A stretch of 64,000 nt of DNA from an uncultured Chloroflexia bacterium (lineage in GTDB: Bacteria > Chloroflexota > Anaerolineae > B4-G1 > SLSP01): positions 128,001 through 192,000 of the forward strand of contig CAVVUS010000011.1 of the NCBI GenBank assembly GCA_963751345.1. The letters are read 5' to 3'. The notes under the pieces are model-generated. The model was not told the DNA's origin, did not search any database, and worked only from the letters and a program-made list of their open reading frames with translations. The position numbers and the translations under genes were made by a program. Shown piece after piece: positions 22,059 through 33,128 of the stretch (position 1 is the stretch's first letter; each line of letters begins with the position of its first letter).

Positions 22059-22565
22059 ATGAACGAGCGGATGTTCGAGCGTGCGATTGCGCTGGGCGAA
22101 AGATGGCAACACGTGTGGATCAGTACGACGGATGGGGCAGGTATGCCCCACATCGCATCCGTAGGCAGCTTTTTCGTCACTGATGACGGCAGGTTGGTCT
22201 TGGGCGATTGGTCGTGCCCCACGACGGTCGCCAACTTACGGGAGAACCCCAGCATCGCAATCGTGGTATGGGATGTCTATACGGATGAGGGCTACCAGAT
22301 CCTTGGCGAAGTCCGGGCCATCCTGCCGGCGGCTCCGGAGGAGGATGGGGTGGCTACCGGTACCCCTCTCGCTGAGAAGGAGCTCTGGATTCAACCTAAC
22401 CAGGTGCTGGCATTCAGCCATGCGCCACACGACGATGTTGAGGTCGATAGCGAAGCGGAATGGTCGTTAGCCGGCGGGCCGTCGGCCCTGGAGCATGAAC
22501 CATCCCCCCACGAACTGCAGGGCTGGCCCCAACAGTTCGTATACTTCGGCGAGACGAGCAAGTAG
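22059..22565 (+). CDS. Pyridoxamine 5'-phosphate oxidase-like FMN-binding split-barrel protein
   Basis: ISTTDGAGMPH, TVANLRENP.IAIVVWD, GYQILG. Confidence 0.75.
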   Translation: MNERMFERAIALGERWQHVWISTTDGAGMPHIASVGSFFVTDDGRLVLGDWSCPTTVANLRENPSIAIVVWDVYTDEGYQILGEVRAILPAAPEEDGVATGTPLAEKELWIQPNQVLAFSHAPHDDVEVDSEAEWSLAGGPSALEHEPSPHELQGWPQQFVYFGETSK

Positions 22566-22925
22566 CACTCGTCTCGACTGCGTACTGCCGGATTCCGGTG
22601 AGCCGTGACTAGCTCGCCGAAAGGCTATCGACCCATCGAGACGCGCTCCCGCTAACCCTCTAATGTGCCCGGCGGGCCGGTAATCTGCTTGAGTTCTCAT
22701 CGTGCTGCGGGCCTCTGATCCGCCTCAGTCCGCACGAATGCAGATGTGACTGTGTCTGTCGAGTCAGATGACACGTCACCGACGTGCCGAAGCGCATTGT
22801 CATCGGGCCGCTTTGGGCATATAGTGTTGACATCGATAGGCACTTCAATCTCAGCTCCGGTTCTGTGACCCGGCTACGGTCTGTCTCCAACAATGACTCC
22901 CCTGCCGGGGTTAGGAAGAGACAAG

Positions 22926-25900
22926 ATGAGCTTGCTTGAACGCGGGGATGCGAATCCGACGGTACCAGAAGATGGCTTCCCGGACCTCGCCCGGCGGTTG
23001 GCCGAGGCCGAGGCTGCACTCGACCGGCTGACCTCAGCTCCTACAAGCGTCTGCAAGGATAGCACGAGCGATACTCAGGCTCTTCTCCACAGTGTTCGTA
23101 CGGTGCTGCGGGACGCACGCGAAGCTCTTGCGTGGCGGATGCAGCCGCCGGCGGGTCCGCTCACGAACTCCGGTCCGAAGACAGGCGCGCTGCAGGCCCC
23201 TCCGCCATCTGATGCTGTGCGTACCCGCGCGGGCCAAGCGTCGCAAGTAGATGCGATGGCGAGCCGGCTGCTGCGGACGTTGCTCGAGGTCATGCCCGTA
23301 GGCGTCATCGTGTCTGACGCCGAGGGTGCTCTCCTGATGACCAACCTGGTGGGGGAGGCGATCCTGGGCGGCCGGGTCGCAGGGAGTGCCTTCGATCCGC
23401 GGGCAGCTATGCGGCGTACCACACGGATGGGACACCTCTGCCACCTACTCTGATCCCGCTCGCGCGTGCGCTTCGACAGGGCGAGGTCATCCGGGACATG
23501 GAACTTGTGATTCGTCGTGCTGATGGGGCGGAGTGGGTACTCCTCGTTGGCGCCGCACCCGTACGAGACGTGGATGGGCGCATCGTTGCCGGTGTGGTGG
23601 TTTTCCAGGACATCACGGAACTCAAGCGATCCCAGGCAGACGTTACGTTCCGGGCGCGGGCGCTTGACCAGATCGCAGATGCTGTGGTTGCGATCGACAA
23701 CGATCTGCGGGTGATCTACCAGAATCAAGCCGCAGCCGATCTGAGTGGCGTCGATCCGACTGACGCGTTGGGCCGTGATCTTGCCGATCTCTGGCGTTAT
23801 GAGTGGCCGGACGATGCGGCAAAGCAGGTGGCGTACGATCGCCTGAGGGAAGAGGGTGTCTGGCAGGACGAGGCCCTCCTTGTGACCCGAGATGGCAGGC
23901 GGATCGCGATGGAATCCACGATCACGGCGCTCCGGGACGACGGCGGGAAGGAGCGCGGTTTGCTGGCCGTGATGCGCGATATCACCAACCGGAAGCGGGC
24001 AGAGGAAGTTGTCCTGGCCAATGCGGAAGAATTCCGGGCGATTTTCGAGTCGAACGCGCTTGGCATAGCGATCGCCGATGCGAGGTCCGGGCGCTTTGTG
24101 CGGGTGAATCGCAAGCTGTGCGAGATGTCCGGGTACGCTGAAGACGAGCTGCTGGGCATGACCTTCGTCGAAGTCACCCATCCCGATGACCGCTCCTATG
24201 CGGACTTTCAGGCCGCGCTGCGTGGCGAGACGGATGAGTGGACGAGCACGAGGCGCTACGTCCGCAAGGATGGGAGTTGGTTCTGGGTGGAGGCCTCCGG
24301 GACGGTCATCCGTGATGCCGCCGGCGTTCCTGTTCGCAGCATGGCGACCGTTCGGGACGTTACAGAGCGCCGCCGGGTGGACGAGGAACTGCGGGTAGCG
24401 CTGGAGAAATACCGTGTGCTGTTTGACGCTTTCCCTCTGGGTATCACCGTCTCGGACCGATCCGGGCAGATCGTCGAATCCAACCAGGAGGCCGAAAGAC
24501 TGCTCGGAATTTCCCGGCAGGAGCACCTGCAGCGTCAGATCAGAGGGACCGAGTGGCACATTGTTCGTCCTGATGGCACTCTGATGCCGGCGAGGAGTAT
24601 CCGAGCGTCCGGGCGCTTCGTGAGGGGCGTCCGGTGCGCAGCGTCGAGATGGGGATTGTGAAGGAGGATGGCGCGACCACGTGGATCGAAGTACAGCGGC
24701 GCCTATCCCTCTGGAGGGCTATGGGGTCGCTATGGTCTATGGGGATGTCACCGAGCGCAAGCGGATCGCGGATGCCCTCCGTGAAAGCGAGGCGCGCTAT
24801 CGTGAGCTGTATGATACGTCGCGCGACGGCCTGGTGTTCACCGATTTGGAAGGGCGATATATCGGCTGCAACCGCGCTTATCTGGATCTTCTTGGCTACG
24901 AGACGGTTGAGGATCTGCGTGGCAGATCCTATAAGGAGCTAACCCCACCAGAATACCATGAGATGGAGGCACGTATGTTCAGGAGCAGACCCTGGTACGC
25001 GGCTATTGTGACGCGTACGAGAAGGAGTATATTCGTAGGTCCGGGGAGCGGATTCCTGTCAACCTGAGGGCCTGGCTGCGGCGTGATGCGCGGGGTGAGC
25101 CTTCAGGGATGTGGGCGATTGTGCGCGACATCAGCGGGCGCAAGCAAGCAGAGAACGAGCGGGAGCGTCTGTTGTCCGAGAACCGCCGACAGCGCGAGTT
25201 CCTGGAGCGACTGGTCGAGGCGGCTCCGGTGGGCATCGCCGTGCTCCGGGGCCCCGACCATCACTACGAGTTGGTCAACCCGACGTATCTGGCGATTCCC
25301 GGGGTGCCGGATGTACCAATGCTGGGGCGGACCGTCGAGGAGATCTTTCCCGCTTTTGTCGATGAGGGGATCCCGGAATTGCTGGATCAGGTGTACGAGA
25401 CCGATGACGTCGTTAGCCTCCTCGAATATGAGATGTCCGGCGGTCCGGAGGGAGAGCGGACGTACTGGAATGCGGAGTACGTCCCGCTGTTCGATTCGTA
25501 CGGGCGAACGGACGGCATTCTCGTTGTGGTCAGCGACGTCACCGAGCAGGTGCTGGCGCGCAGGCAGGTGGAGGAACTGGTGCTGGACGTTGACAACAGC
25601 GCAGCATCCTTCAGACGGTGATGGAGCACACACAGGTCCAGTTGGCCTATTTCGACCCCCTCTTCAACTTCGTCAGCGTTAACTCCGCCTACGCGCGGGG
25701 CTCCGGCTACCGTGCCGATCAACTGCTCGGGAAGAACCACTTCGACTTTTTCCCCACCCGAGAATATAGCGATCTTTGAGCGGGTCAGGGATACCGGCGC
25801 GGTCATCTCGTTCCGGGCAAAGCCATGCGAATACGTGATCGGCCACAACTGGGAACGACGTACTGGGACTGGAGCCTGGTTCCGGTCAAGGATGAGGCCG

Positions 25901-27108
25901 GCCAGGTCCAGGGACTTGTCTTGTCCTTCTCGACGTGACCGATCGCGAGCGGGCGCGGGAAATACTTCAACAACGTGCCGATGATCTGGAACAAGAGGTG
26001 CGTCGCCGAACGTCGCAGCTCCAGGCTAGTGAGGCGCGTTTGCGCGCCATATTCGCACAATGCAGCCCTGGGCATCGCGGTCGCCGACCCCAATGGGACA
26101 TTGGTGGAGATGAACTTGGCGCTGCAGAGGATGCTTGGGTATACGGCCACAGAACTCGTTGGGGACTCGCTTTGTCGACTACACCCATCCCGACGACGTT
26201 GCATTCTGTATTGACCGCTATCGCGAGATGTTGGCGGATCAACAAACGTCCTATCAGGTGGAGAAGCGGTACGTTCGCAAGGATGGGGAGACGATCTGGG
26301 CGCTGCATGGGTGCCTCCCTCATCCACGATCGCCATCACCATCCCCGGTTTGCCGTGGGCATGGCGGAGGATATCACCGAGCGGAAGCTGGCCCAGGAGG
26401 CGCTGATTCAGGCCGAGAAACTGACCCTTACGGGCAGGCTGGCCGCCGGCCTCGCACACGAGATCAATAATCCCCTGCAGTCGGTGATCGGATGTCTCGC
26501 TCTCGCGGAGGAGATACTGCCGGCGGATGACGAGGCCGGGAAGCTGCTGCACATAGCCGTCGAGGAGTTGGATCGCACGGCCGGCATTGTGAAGCAGTTG
26601 CGCAACGTGAACAGGCCTCAACCCTGGCGGAGCGCAGACTCCCGACATCAACGCGCTGCTCCGTCACGTGATAACGTTGGTCCGGAAACAGAGCCTGAAG
26701 CAGGGCATCGACATCGTGGGACCCGGTCAGAGGGGCCGGTCATGGTGATGGTGGCGCCGGATCGGATTGAACAGGTGTTTCTGAACCTGATACTCAATGC
26801 CATGGAGGCGATGATGGGTGGAGGACGCCTCGAGATCATGCTACGACGGCGGACGATGATCCGGTGGCGTTTCCAATGGGGGTGCGTACACATCTCCTTC
26901 GCAGACACCGGAAGCGGCATTTCCGAGGAGCTATGGGGCACATATGTTTGAGCCATTCCATACGTCGAAGGCCGATGGGCTGGGATTGGGCCTCTACGTG
27001 ACGCACGGCATTGTTGCAGAACACGGCGGTCGGATCGAGGCCGGCAACCGCGATGAAGGGGGAGCTGTTTTCAGCGTGTGGCTGCCGTCAGACCCCGTAG
27101 CCGTGTAG
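22926..27108 (+). CDS. Soluble multi-PAS (about 8 PAS/PAC) sensor histidine kinase, many frameshifts
   Basis: Repeated DITE/DVTERK PAC ends; H-box LAHEINNPL, N-box QVFLNLILNA, DTGSGI, FEPFHTSK, GLGLGL; no TM segment seen. Confidence 0.85.
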
Positions 27109-27119
27109 GGAGGAAGCGG

Positions 27120-27834
27120 ATGACACAACCGATACGAGCGCTGGTGGTGGATGACGAAGAGCGCATTCGCTATTTCTTGACGGAGACACTGCATCGCATT
27201 GACTGTGCGTGGTTACTGCGTCAGATGGAACCGAAGCACTGGATCTGTTGCGGGAGACCCTCTTTGACGTCGCAGTCCTGGATCTCAATCTGGGCGGGCG
27301 CGTGGATGGCCTGCGTGTCCTGGAGGCGCTGCGGTGGCGGTGGCCCTCGACTGCCGTGGTGATCCTGACCGCGCACGGCTCGTTGGAATCGGCGATGGAG
27401 GCCATTCGCCATGAAGTGGATGGGTATCTGCTCAAACCCGCGAAACCCCCAGAGGTACGGGAGGCTGTTCGGAGGGCGCTGGAGCGACGGCAGAAGCTGC
27501 GCGACCGCACCTGAGCGCGGAGGAGTCGATGTTGCGATGTGGGGACTTCGTCATCGACGTGGCACAGCACGTCGCATCGCGGGATGAGTGCTCACTGGAT
27601 CTTGCCCCCCAGGAGTTCAAGTTGCTCGTGCATCTGGTGCGCAACTCGCCTCGCGTGGAGATACCGCAGGAACTGGTGCAGGTCGTGCGGGACTACGAGG
27701 TGGACAACAGGGCCGAGGCGTGCAAGATCATCAAATGGTATATTCACCGCCTGCGGCAGCAGGCCGAGCCGGATCCGTCCCATCCCACTCACATCATCAC
27801 CGTGCGCGGCGTAGGGTACAAATTCCAGCCGTAA
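27120..27834 (+). CDS. OmpR-type response regulator (REC + winged helix; frameshifts near 27205 and 27510)
   Basis: LVVDDE, VLDLNL, ILTAHG, YLLKP; EFKLL..L, YIHRLRQ..EPDP..P..I.TVRGVGY. Confidence 0.85.
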
Positions 27835-27876
27835 CGTCTTCTCTCGGTTCCCTGTTCGGGTGGCTTCGGTCCAACC

Positions 27877-27907
27877 ATTTGCACCGTATTTGCACCGATT
27901 CGCACTG
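27877..27907 (+). promoter_or_regulatory. Three direct repeats with 10-11 bp period, candidate OmpR-family binding site
   Basis: ATTTGCACCGT ATTTGCACCG ATTCGCACTG. Confidence 0.5.
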
Positions 27908-27913
27908 ATCAAC

Positions 27914-27953
27914 AGCAGCCCACAACCGAGTCCATCGGTAGTGGGCTGCTTTC
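27914..27953 (+). terminator. Extended hairpin downstream of the response regulator
   Basis: AGCAGCCCAC-A-ACCGA-GTCCA-TCGGT-A-GTGGGCTGCT-TTC. Confidence 0.5.
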
Positions 27954-28125
27954 GGTTCTATGATGACACGGAAATGGTACGCTTGGCGGGACGTACCTTG
28001 AATATTGTTGGGCCACACTTACCATAGCATCGATGCCGGATAAGCGTTGGTGTCCTATCCATGGGGTGACCCTTCGCCTGTAGAGCCGGGACCATCTACC
28101 TCATTAGCATTCAAGGAGCCAAGTG

Positions 28126-28635
28126 ATGCCTGTTGGCAGCGTGGTCGGAGTGTTCGGCCGGATGTCAGGTACGGAGGAAGCTATCCGCCGGTTGGCCACG
28201 AGTGGTTTCCCGATAAGGAAAATCTCCATTGTTGCGCGGGACCTCGAGAGTGAAAAAGAAGTCCACGGCTATATCATAGCCGGTGACGTAGACAAGAATG
28301 GTACGGCCGCGGGGGCCTGGTTTGGTGGGATCTTCGGTTTGCTCGTCGGAGCTGCGTTCCTGTGGGTACCCGGTTTTGGCCCGCTATTGGTCATCGGGCC
28401 GCTGGCAGCAGCCATGCTGTCAGGTATCGAGGGCGCCCTGGCGGGAGCTACAAATGGGGGGCTTTTGGGAGCCTTGATGGGTTGGGGTGTGCCAAGACAA
28501 CACATCCTCAAATATGAAGAGTGGGTGAAGTCACGCAAATACCTGGTCATTGCCCACGGCAGTGCAGAGGAGGTGACACAAGCTCACGACATCCTGAAAG
28601 GCACCGCTGCCGAGGAACTGGCTATCCATTCCTGA
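28126..28635 (+). CDS. General stress protein-like glycine-zipper membrane protein
   Basis: GF...ISIVARD, GAWFGGIFGLLVG, VPGFGPLLVIGPL, GLLGALMGWGVP, YE..VK..KYLV. Confidence 0.75.
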   Translation: MPVGSVVGVFGRMSGTEEAIRRLATSGFPIRKISIVARDLESEKEVHGYIIAGDVDKNGTAAGAWFGGIFGLLVGAAFLWVPGFGPLLVIGPLAAAMLSGIEGALAGATNGGLLGALMGWGVPRQHILKYEEWVKSRKYLVIAHGSAEEVTQAHDILKGTAAEELAIHS

Positions 28636-28789
28636 GTGTAGTCAGTCATCGATGGGGCACGCCGATTCACGATGTCCCGCCTCGGATCATCCTCCGTGCG
28701 ATGGCCGGGGTGCGAACCGACCGGCAGGAGGATCTCCTGAATCATACCGCAGTCTTCTTATCCCCAGTTCCATTCGATTGGAGGTAACG

Positions 28790-30210
28790 ATGTTCACGAA
28801 AGAGAACAGCGCGAGTCGCAACTTCATGTTGGTCGCAGCGTGCTGGTTTATCCTCGGCGTGCTGATGGGGCTTACGCTGGCACTCCAGTTCGTCTTCCCG
28901 GATCTCTTCCGGGGCGTTGCATGGCTCGTCTTCAGCAGGCTGCGGCAAGCTCACACCAACACAGTGATGTTTGCGTGGCTCTCGGGCGGCATGATGGGGC
29001 TCTGGCTCTACATCGTCCCGCAACTGACCGGTCGCAGGCTCTGGAGCGAGGTGCTGGGCAACGTCACGATGGTCCTCTGGAACTTGGCTCTTGTCGTGGG
29101 GATCGTGGGTCTGCTGTCAGCCCACACCCAAAGCCGCGAGTACGCCGAGTTCACCTGGGGCATCGACGTGGCGGTGATGATCGTCCTGATCCTCAACATG
29201 ATCAACATCTACATGACCATCACCCATCGTGTCGAGCCCAAGCTCTACGTCTCAATGTGGTATATCATCGGAACGCTGATCTGGATGCCGTGTCTGTACT
29301 TCATCGGCAACGTGATGTGGAATCCCCCGACCGGTGCGTTGACCGGCATTGACGACGCGATTTTCAACTGGTTCTACGGTCACAACGTGCTGGGACTGTG
29401 GTTCACGACCGGCCTGCTGCCGGTCATCTACTACATCGTGCCGCGGGAAACGCGCACGCCGCTCTACAGCCACTTCCTCTCGCTCATCGCGTTCTGGGGC
29501 ATCGCGTTCTTCTACACAGGCGTGGGTGCCCATCACTTGCTGTGGTCGCCCATCCCCTACTGGTTGAAGACCATTGCGGTGGCCGAGAGCATCGGCATGA
29601 TCCTGCCGGTTGCGGCCTTTATGATGAACATCTATCTGACGATGCGCGGCAACTGGAACCGCTTTATCACCAGCATCCCGCTGCGTTTCGTGGTTACAGG
29701 TTGGTTCGCCTACATTCTGGTCTCCTACCAGGGATCTCACCAGGCGCTGCGCAGCATCAACTTGCTCACGCACTTCACCCAGTACGTGCCCGGCCACGCG
29801 CACCTGTCGCTGATGTTCTTTGCGGCCTCGACCATCATGGGCGCGATGTACTACGTCATGCCGCGCATCTACAAGTGTCGTATCTTCAGCCGGGGGCTGG
29901 CTAACGTCGCAGTACAGCCTGTACGTGATCGGGTTTACATTTTTCTTCGGCGGCTTCCTGCTAACGGGTTTGGTCCAGGGCACCGCCTGGCTGCACCAGG
30001 GCCTGCCGGTCTGGTCGGTGCTGCCGGGGCTCCGTCCCTACATGGCGCTGCGAGCCACGGGCGGCGTGCTGCTGGTGATCAGCTTCATCCTCTTCACCTA
30101 CAACATGTTGGCCACGGCCATCCGCCAGGATCAGGAAGTCGTTCCCGAGATTCCGGTAACCACCGAAGCCACGGACCGCTCGCGCTCAGCCGGCGGCTGC
30201 GGTCAGATAG
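28790..30210 (+). CDS. ccoN: cbb3-type cytochrome c oxidase subunit I (frameshift near 29905; 3' end approximate)
   Basis: RLRQAHTN, SREYAE, WFYGHNVLG, LYSH.L, FYTGVGAHHL, GHAHL: the six His ligands and helix-VII Tyr of C-family oxidases. Confidence 0.92.
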
Positions 30211-30224
30211 AGAGAGGTGACACC

Positions 30225-32149
30225 GTGAAGATGACGTTCAGAACCATCGTGATCGGCGGGCTCATCGTCTTCTTTGCCGTGGTCACGGCGGTGGTCTTCG
30301 TACCCGGCATCATCTACCACCCGGAGCGCACGCTGAAGGCTGAGGACTACACAGACCTGGAGGCGAAGGGACGGGAGATCTTCTATTCGAACGGCTGCAA
30401 CTACTGCCACACGCAGTACGTGCGCGCAGAGGATACTGCTCTGGGTGACGTGTCCGAGGGCGGTGACTACTTCTTCGACAACCCGATGATCCTCGGCTCC
30501 GAGCGCACGGGGCCGGATCTGTCCAACATCGGGCGGAAGCGCAGCGTCATGTGGGAGATGGAGCACCACAAGAACCCTCGCGAGCTTTCCCCGCTCTCGA
30601 TCATGCCCAGCTTCGAGTTCCTCTCGGATGAGGAGATTATGGCGATGGACACCTACCTGTTCTCCCTGGGAGACCGCGTGGCCCAGGAGCGCATGATCCT
30701 CCCGCCGGTGACCTATGCCGGCGTGACGGATCCGTTCGAGATGCCCGTGGTTCAGATCGCCGGTTCCGACCAGCCGCAGGGATGGCCTACCTGGCAGGCA
30801 GCAAACCTGCAGGAGGGCAAGGAGATATTCGTCAAGTACTGCCTCACGTGTCACGGGTGCGCGGGCAACGGGCTGGGTAGCTATGGTGGCACGAAGGCCG
30901 TGACCCCGGCGGACTTCAAATCGGAGCCCTACCGCAGCATGCCGGCGGACCAGTGGTTCTGGCACGTCTCCGAGGGCGTGCCGGGCACGGTTATGCCGGT
31001 CTGGAAGGAGAGTCTCACCGAGGCACAGCGGTGGACCGTGATCCGCTACATTCGTGACATCTTTGCCCAGCCTGTGATGCACGACCCGGACGAGGGTGAT
31101 CCCGTCGGCGACTACGTGGGCGTCACCAACCCGGTGTCCCTGACAATCCAGGTGCTGGATGAGGGCAAGGCGATCTTCACTCGCGAATGCATGGTCTGCC
31201 ACGGCGATGCCGGGCGCGGGCAGTGGCCGTATCGTGCCGTCATCCAGCCGGGTCCTCCTGACTTCGGCGATGGGAGCTATGGCGACTACACCGACGCCGA
31301 CTACTTCTGGCGCATCAGCGAGGGCGTGCCCTGGAGTGCGATGCCTGCCTGGAAGCTCCACTACGGCGAAGAGGACCGGTGGAAGCTGGTTCACTACATC
31401 CGCACGACCTTCACCCAGACGGAGACACGCGCCGCCCTGCACCGCCTGAAGGCCAGGACTTCACCTATCCCGACTTCTACAAGCAGTCTGCACGGTTCCC
31501 GGATGACGTCTCCTTCGAGCGCGGTCGTACCTACTACCTCGAGCACTGTGCTCACTGTCACGGCTACGCCGGGGACGGCAACGGGCCGGATGGGCAGTAT
31601 CTCAACCCCACGCCGGCAGACTTCCGGGACATGGCTACGAAGCAGATGACGCCCGAATCTCAGGGCGAACACTTGGCCAAGGTGACCTTCGGCATCCAGG
31701 ATACGGCGATGCCCGTATGGGGAGAATGGCTCCCGGTCGAGCAGCGTTGGGACGTCATCAAGTTCCTGATGGACGCCTTCTCCACGGGTATGCCACAGAC
31801 CACGAGCGTGGCTGACGGGCAGATCTCGGCGGACTACCTGCTGGCAAGCAGCCAGACCTACCTGGATGAAGGACATACATCTCGGTGACCCACGGTGCTG
31901 AGGTCTACGCGACCTACTGTGCCACCTGCCACGGCGATACATGGGCAGGGCAACGGTCCGGGGACTGACGGGAGCGCCAGCGGTGGGCCGGCGCCCTTCC
32001 CTGCCCAGATGCCGGAGGACTACGTCTACTGGCGAGTCTGGGAAGGAGTTCCGGACGGATTGATGTACCCCTTCAAGTGGATCTTCACCACGGATGACGC
32101 CTGGGATGTGACCACCTACTTGATGGAGCAGCAAGGAGGTGCGCCATGA
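30225..32149 (+). CDS. ccoO: CcoO (FixO) fused to four extra c-type heme domains, penta-heme, copy 1 (frameshifts near 31430 and 31880-31940)
   Basis: N-terminal TM; GCNYCHTQYVR, GSERTGPDL, SIMPSF; CLTCH, CMVCH, CAHCH, CATCH; colinear with the intact paralog 33129..35036. Confidence 0.85.
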
Positions 32150-32289
32150 TGAGCCTGGGAGTGTGGGTCGTCTTCGGATGGATAGCCTTTGTGGGGCTGA
32201 CGTTGGTGGCGTTCATCATCTACGCGCTGAAGACCGGGCAGTTCAGGAATATCGAGGACGCCAAGTACAAAATGCTTGAGGATCATTAG
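32146..32289 (+). CDS. ccoS: cbb3 oxidase maturation protein CcoS (absent from the ORF track)
   Basis: MMSLGVWVVFGWIAFVGLTLVAFIIYALKTGQFRNIEDAKYKMLEDH: TM helix plus GQF.D/N motif; ATGA coupling to the upstream gene. Confidence 0.8.
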   Translation: MMSLGVWVVFGWIAFVGLTLVAFIIYALKTGQFRNIEDAKYKMLEDH

Positions 32290-32324
32290 CCAGAGCCCTG
32301 GCCGGGACGGGAAGGAGGCGACAA

Positions 32325-32630
32325 ATGACACAAACTGCGTTCAACCTGTGGGGGGAGATTCTCGGCGTCGCAGGGGGGGCGTTCGTGCTCTTGCTGTTTG
32401 GCCTGACGCTGGCTCTGCGCCAGCGTTCCGCGGCGTCGTCCGGGGCAAGGGGGCACCGGCCCATCGAGGACCAGAGCGAGCACGAGGAAATACGCCCCGA
32501 CGGCTACATCGATAGCTTTGCGAACGTGATCGAGGAGGCCGGAGGCAGACTGCCGCCGGTTGTCCTACTGGCCCTTCCGGCCATCCTGCTCTGGTGGTTG
32601 ATCTACCTGATCCTCAACTGGACGCCGTGA
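32325..32630 (+). CDS. Small two-TM membrane protein resembling the CcoP N-terminal anchor region
   Basis: RBS AGGAGG; TM, then IEEAGGRLP, then TM ending WWLIYLI. Confidence 0.55.
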   Translation: MTQTAFNLWGEILGVAGGAFVLLLFGLTLALRQRSAASSGARGHRPIEDQSEHEEIRPDGYIDSFANVIEEAGGRLPPVVLLALPAILLWWLIYLILNWTP

Positions 32631-32643
32631 AAGCGAGGGCGAG

Positions 32644-32966
32644 ATGGCATACTTCTACCAAGTGAGCTTCAATATCAGTTCGGATGACATGACCGAGCTG
32701 GAGATCGGCTCCACTCTGGAGCGTGTGATCGGTTACCTCAAGACGCTGCTGCCCAGCGAACCGGGGTATCATCGATGCCCGTGCATTCTACTCTCTCGAC
32801 AGCGCTGAACCCGATCTACGTCGTCACAATCAGCCTCTGGGAGCGCTGGGACGATCTGGAGCGCCACCGCGATTCGAATCTTGCGGAGGACAAGGTTCTG
32901 AAGGAGTTTGGTCCGCATCTCGAGCCGGAGGATCTCATCGTGCGGATCTACAGCGAAGTGAGTTGA
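32644..32966 (+). CDS. ABM-like (dimeric alpha-beta barrel) small protein, frameshifted near 32770-32800
   Basis: MAYFYQVSF...LLPSEPGY...VVTISLWERWDDLERH pattern (PGF/Y...S.W.....H). Confidence 0.5.
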
Positions 32967-33128
32967 CGAATGATAGGTCGATATCCTTTCCGGGATGTCG
33001 ATACGGGCGGCACGATGGGTTTTCATTCGGGCTAGATTCGCGTGAACTGGGCCAGCCAGACAACCTGGCTGGCCCAGTCCTGACATAGGGTATGCGGGAC
33101 TGCCGTCAGCGGATAAGGAGATGACGCT

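Noticed and set aside
27120-27834. Split response regulator (separate REC and winged-helix genes)
   Set aside because: A one-base correction gives a normal linker (..LSAEESMLRCG); an indel is more parsimonious given the error rate, although a GGAGG precedes ATG 27529
28790-30210. Nitric oxide reductase NorB instead of CcoN
   Set aside because: WFYGHN, the helix-VII Tyr before GAHH and linked ccoS/ccoI genes fit a C-family O2 reductase; NorB HLWVEG glutamate motifs are absent
29820-31649. Apparent CcoN-CcoO fusion
   Set aside because: Paralog 33129 begins independently with MKMTF; the matching GTG at 30225 has its own GAGG RBS and a TAG lies at 30208-30210, so read-through is most simply an indel artefact (reads needed to exclude fully)
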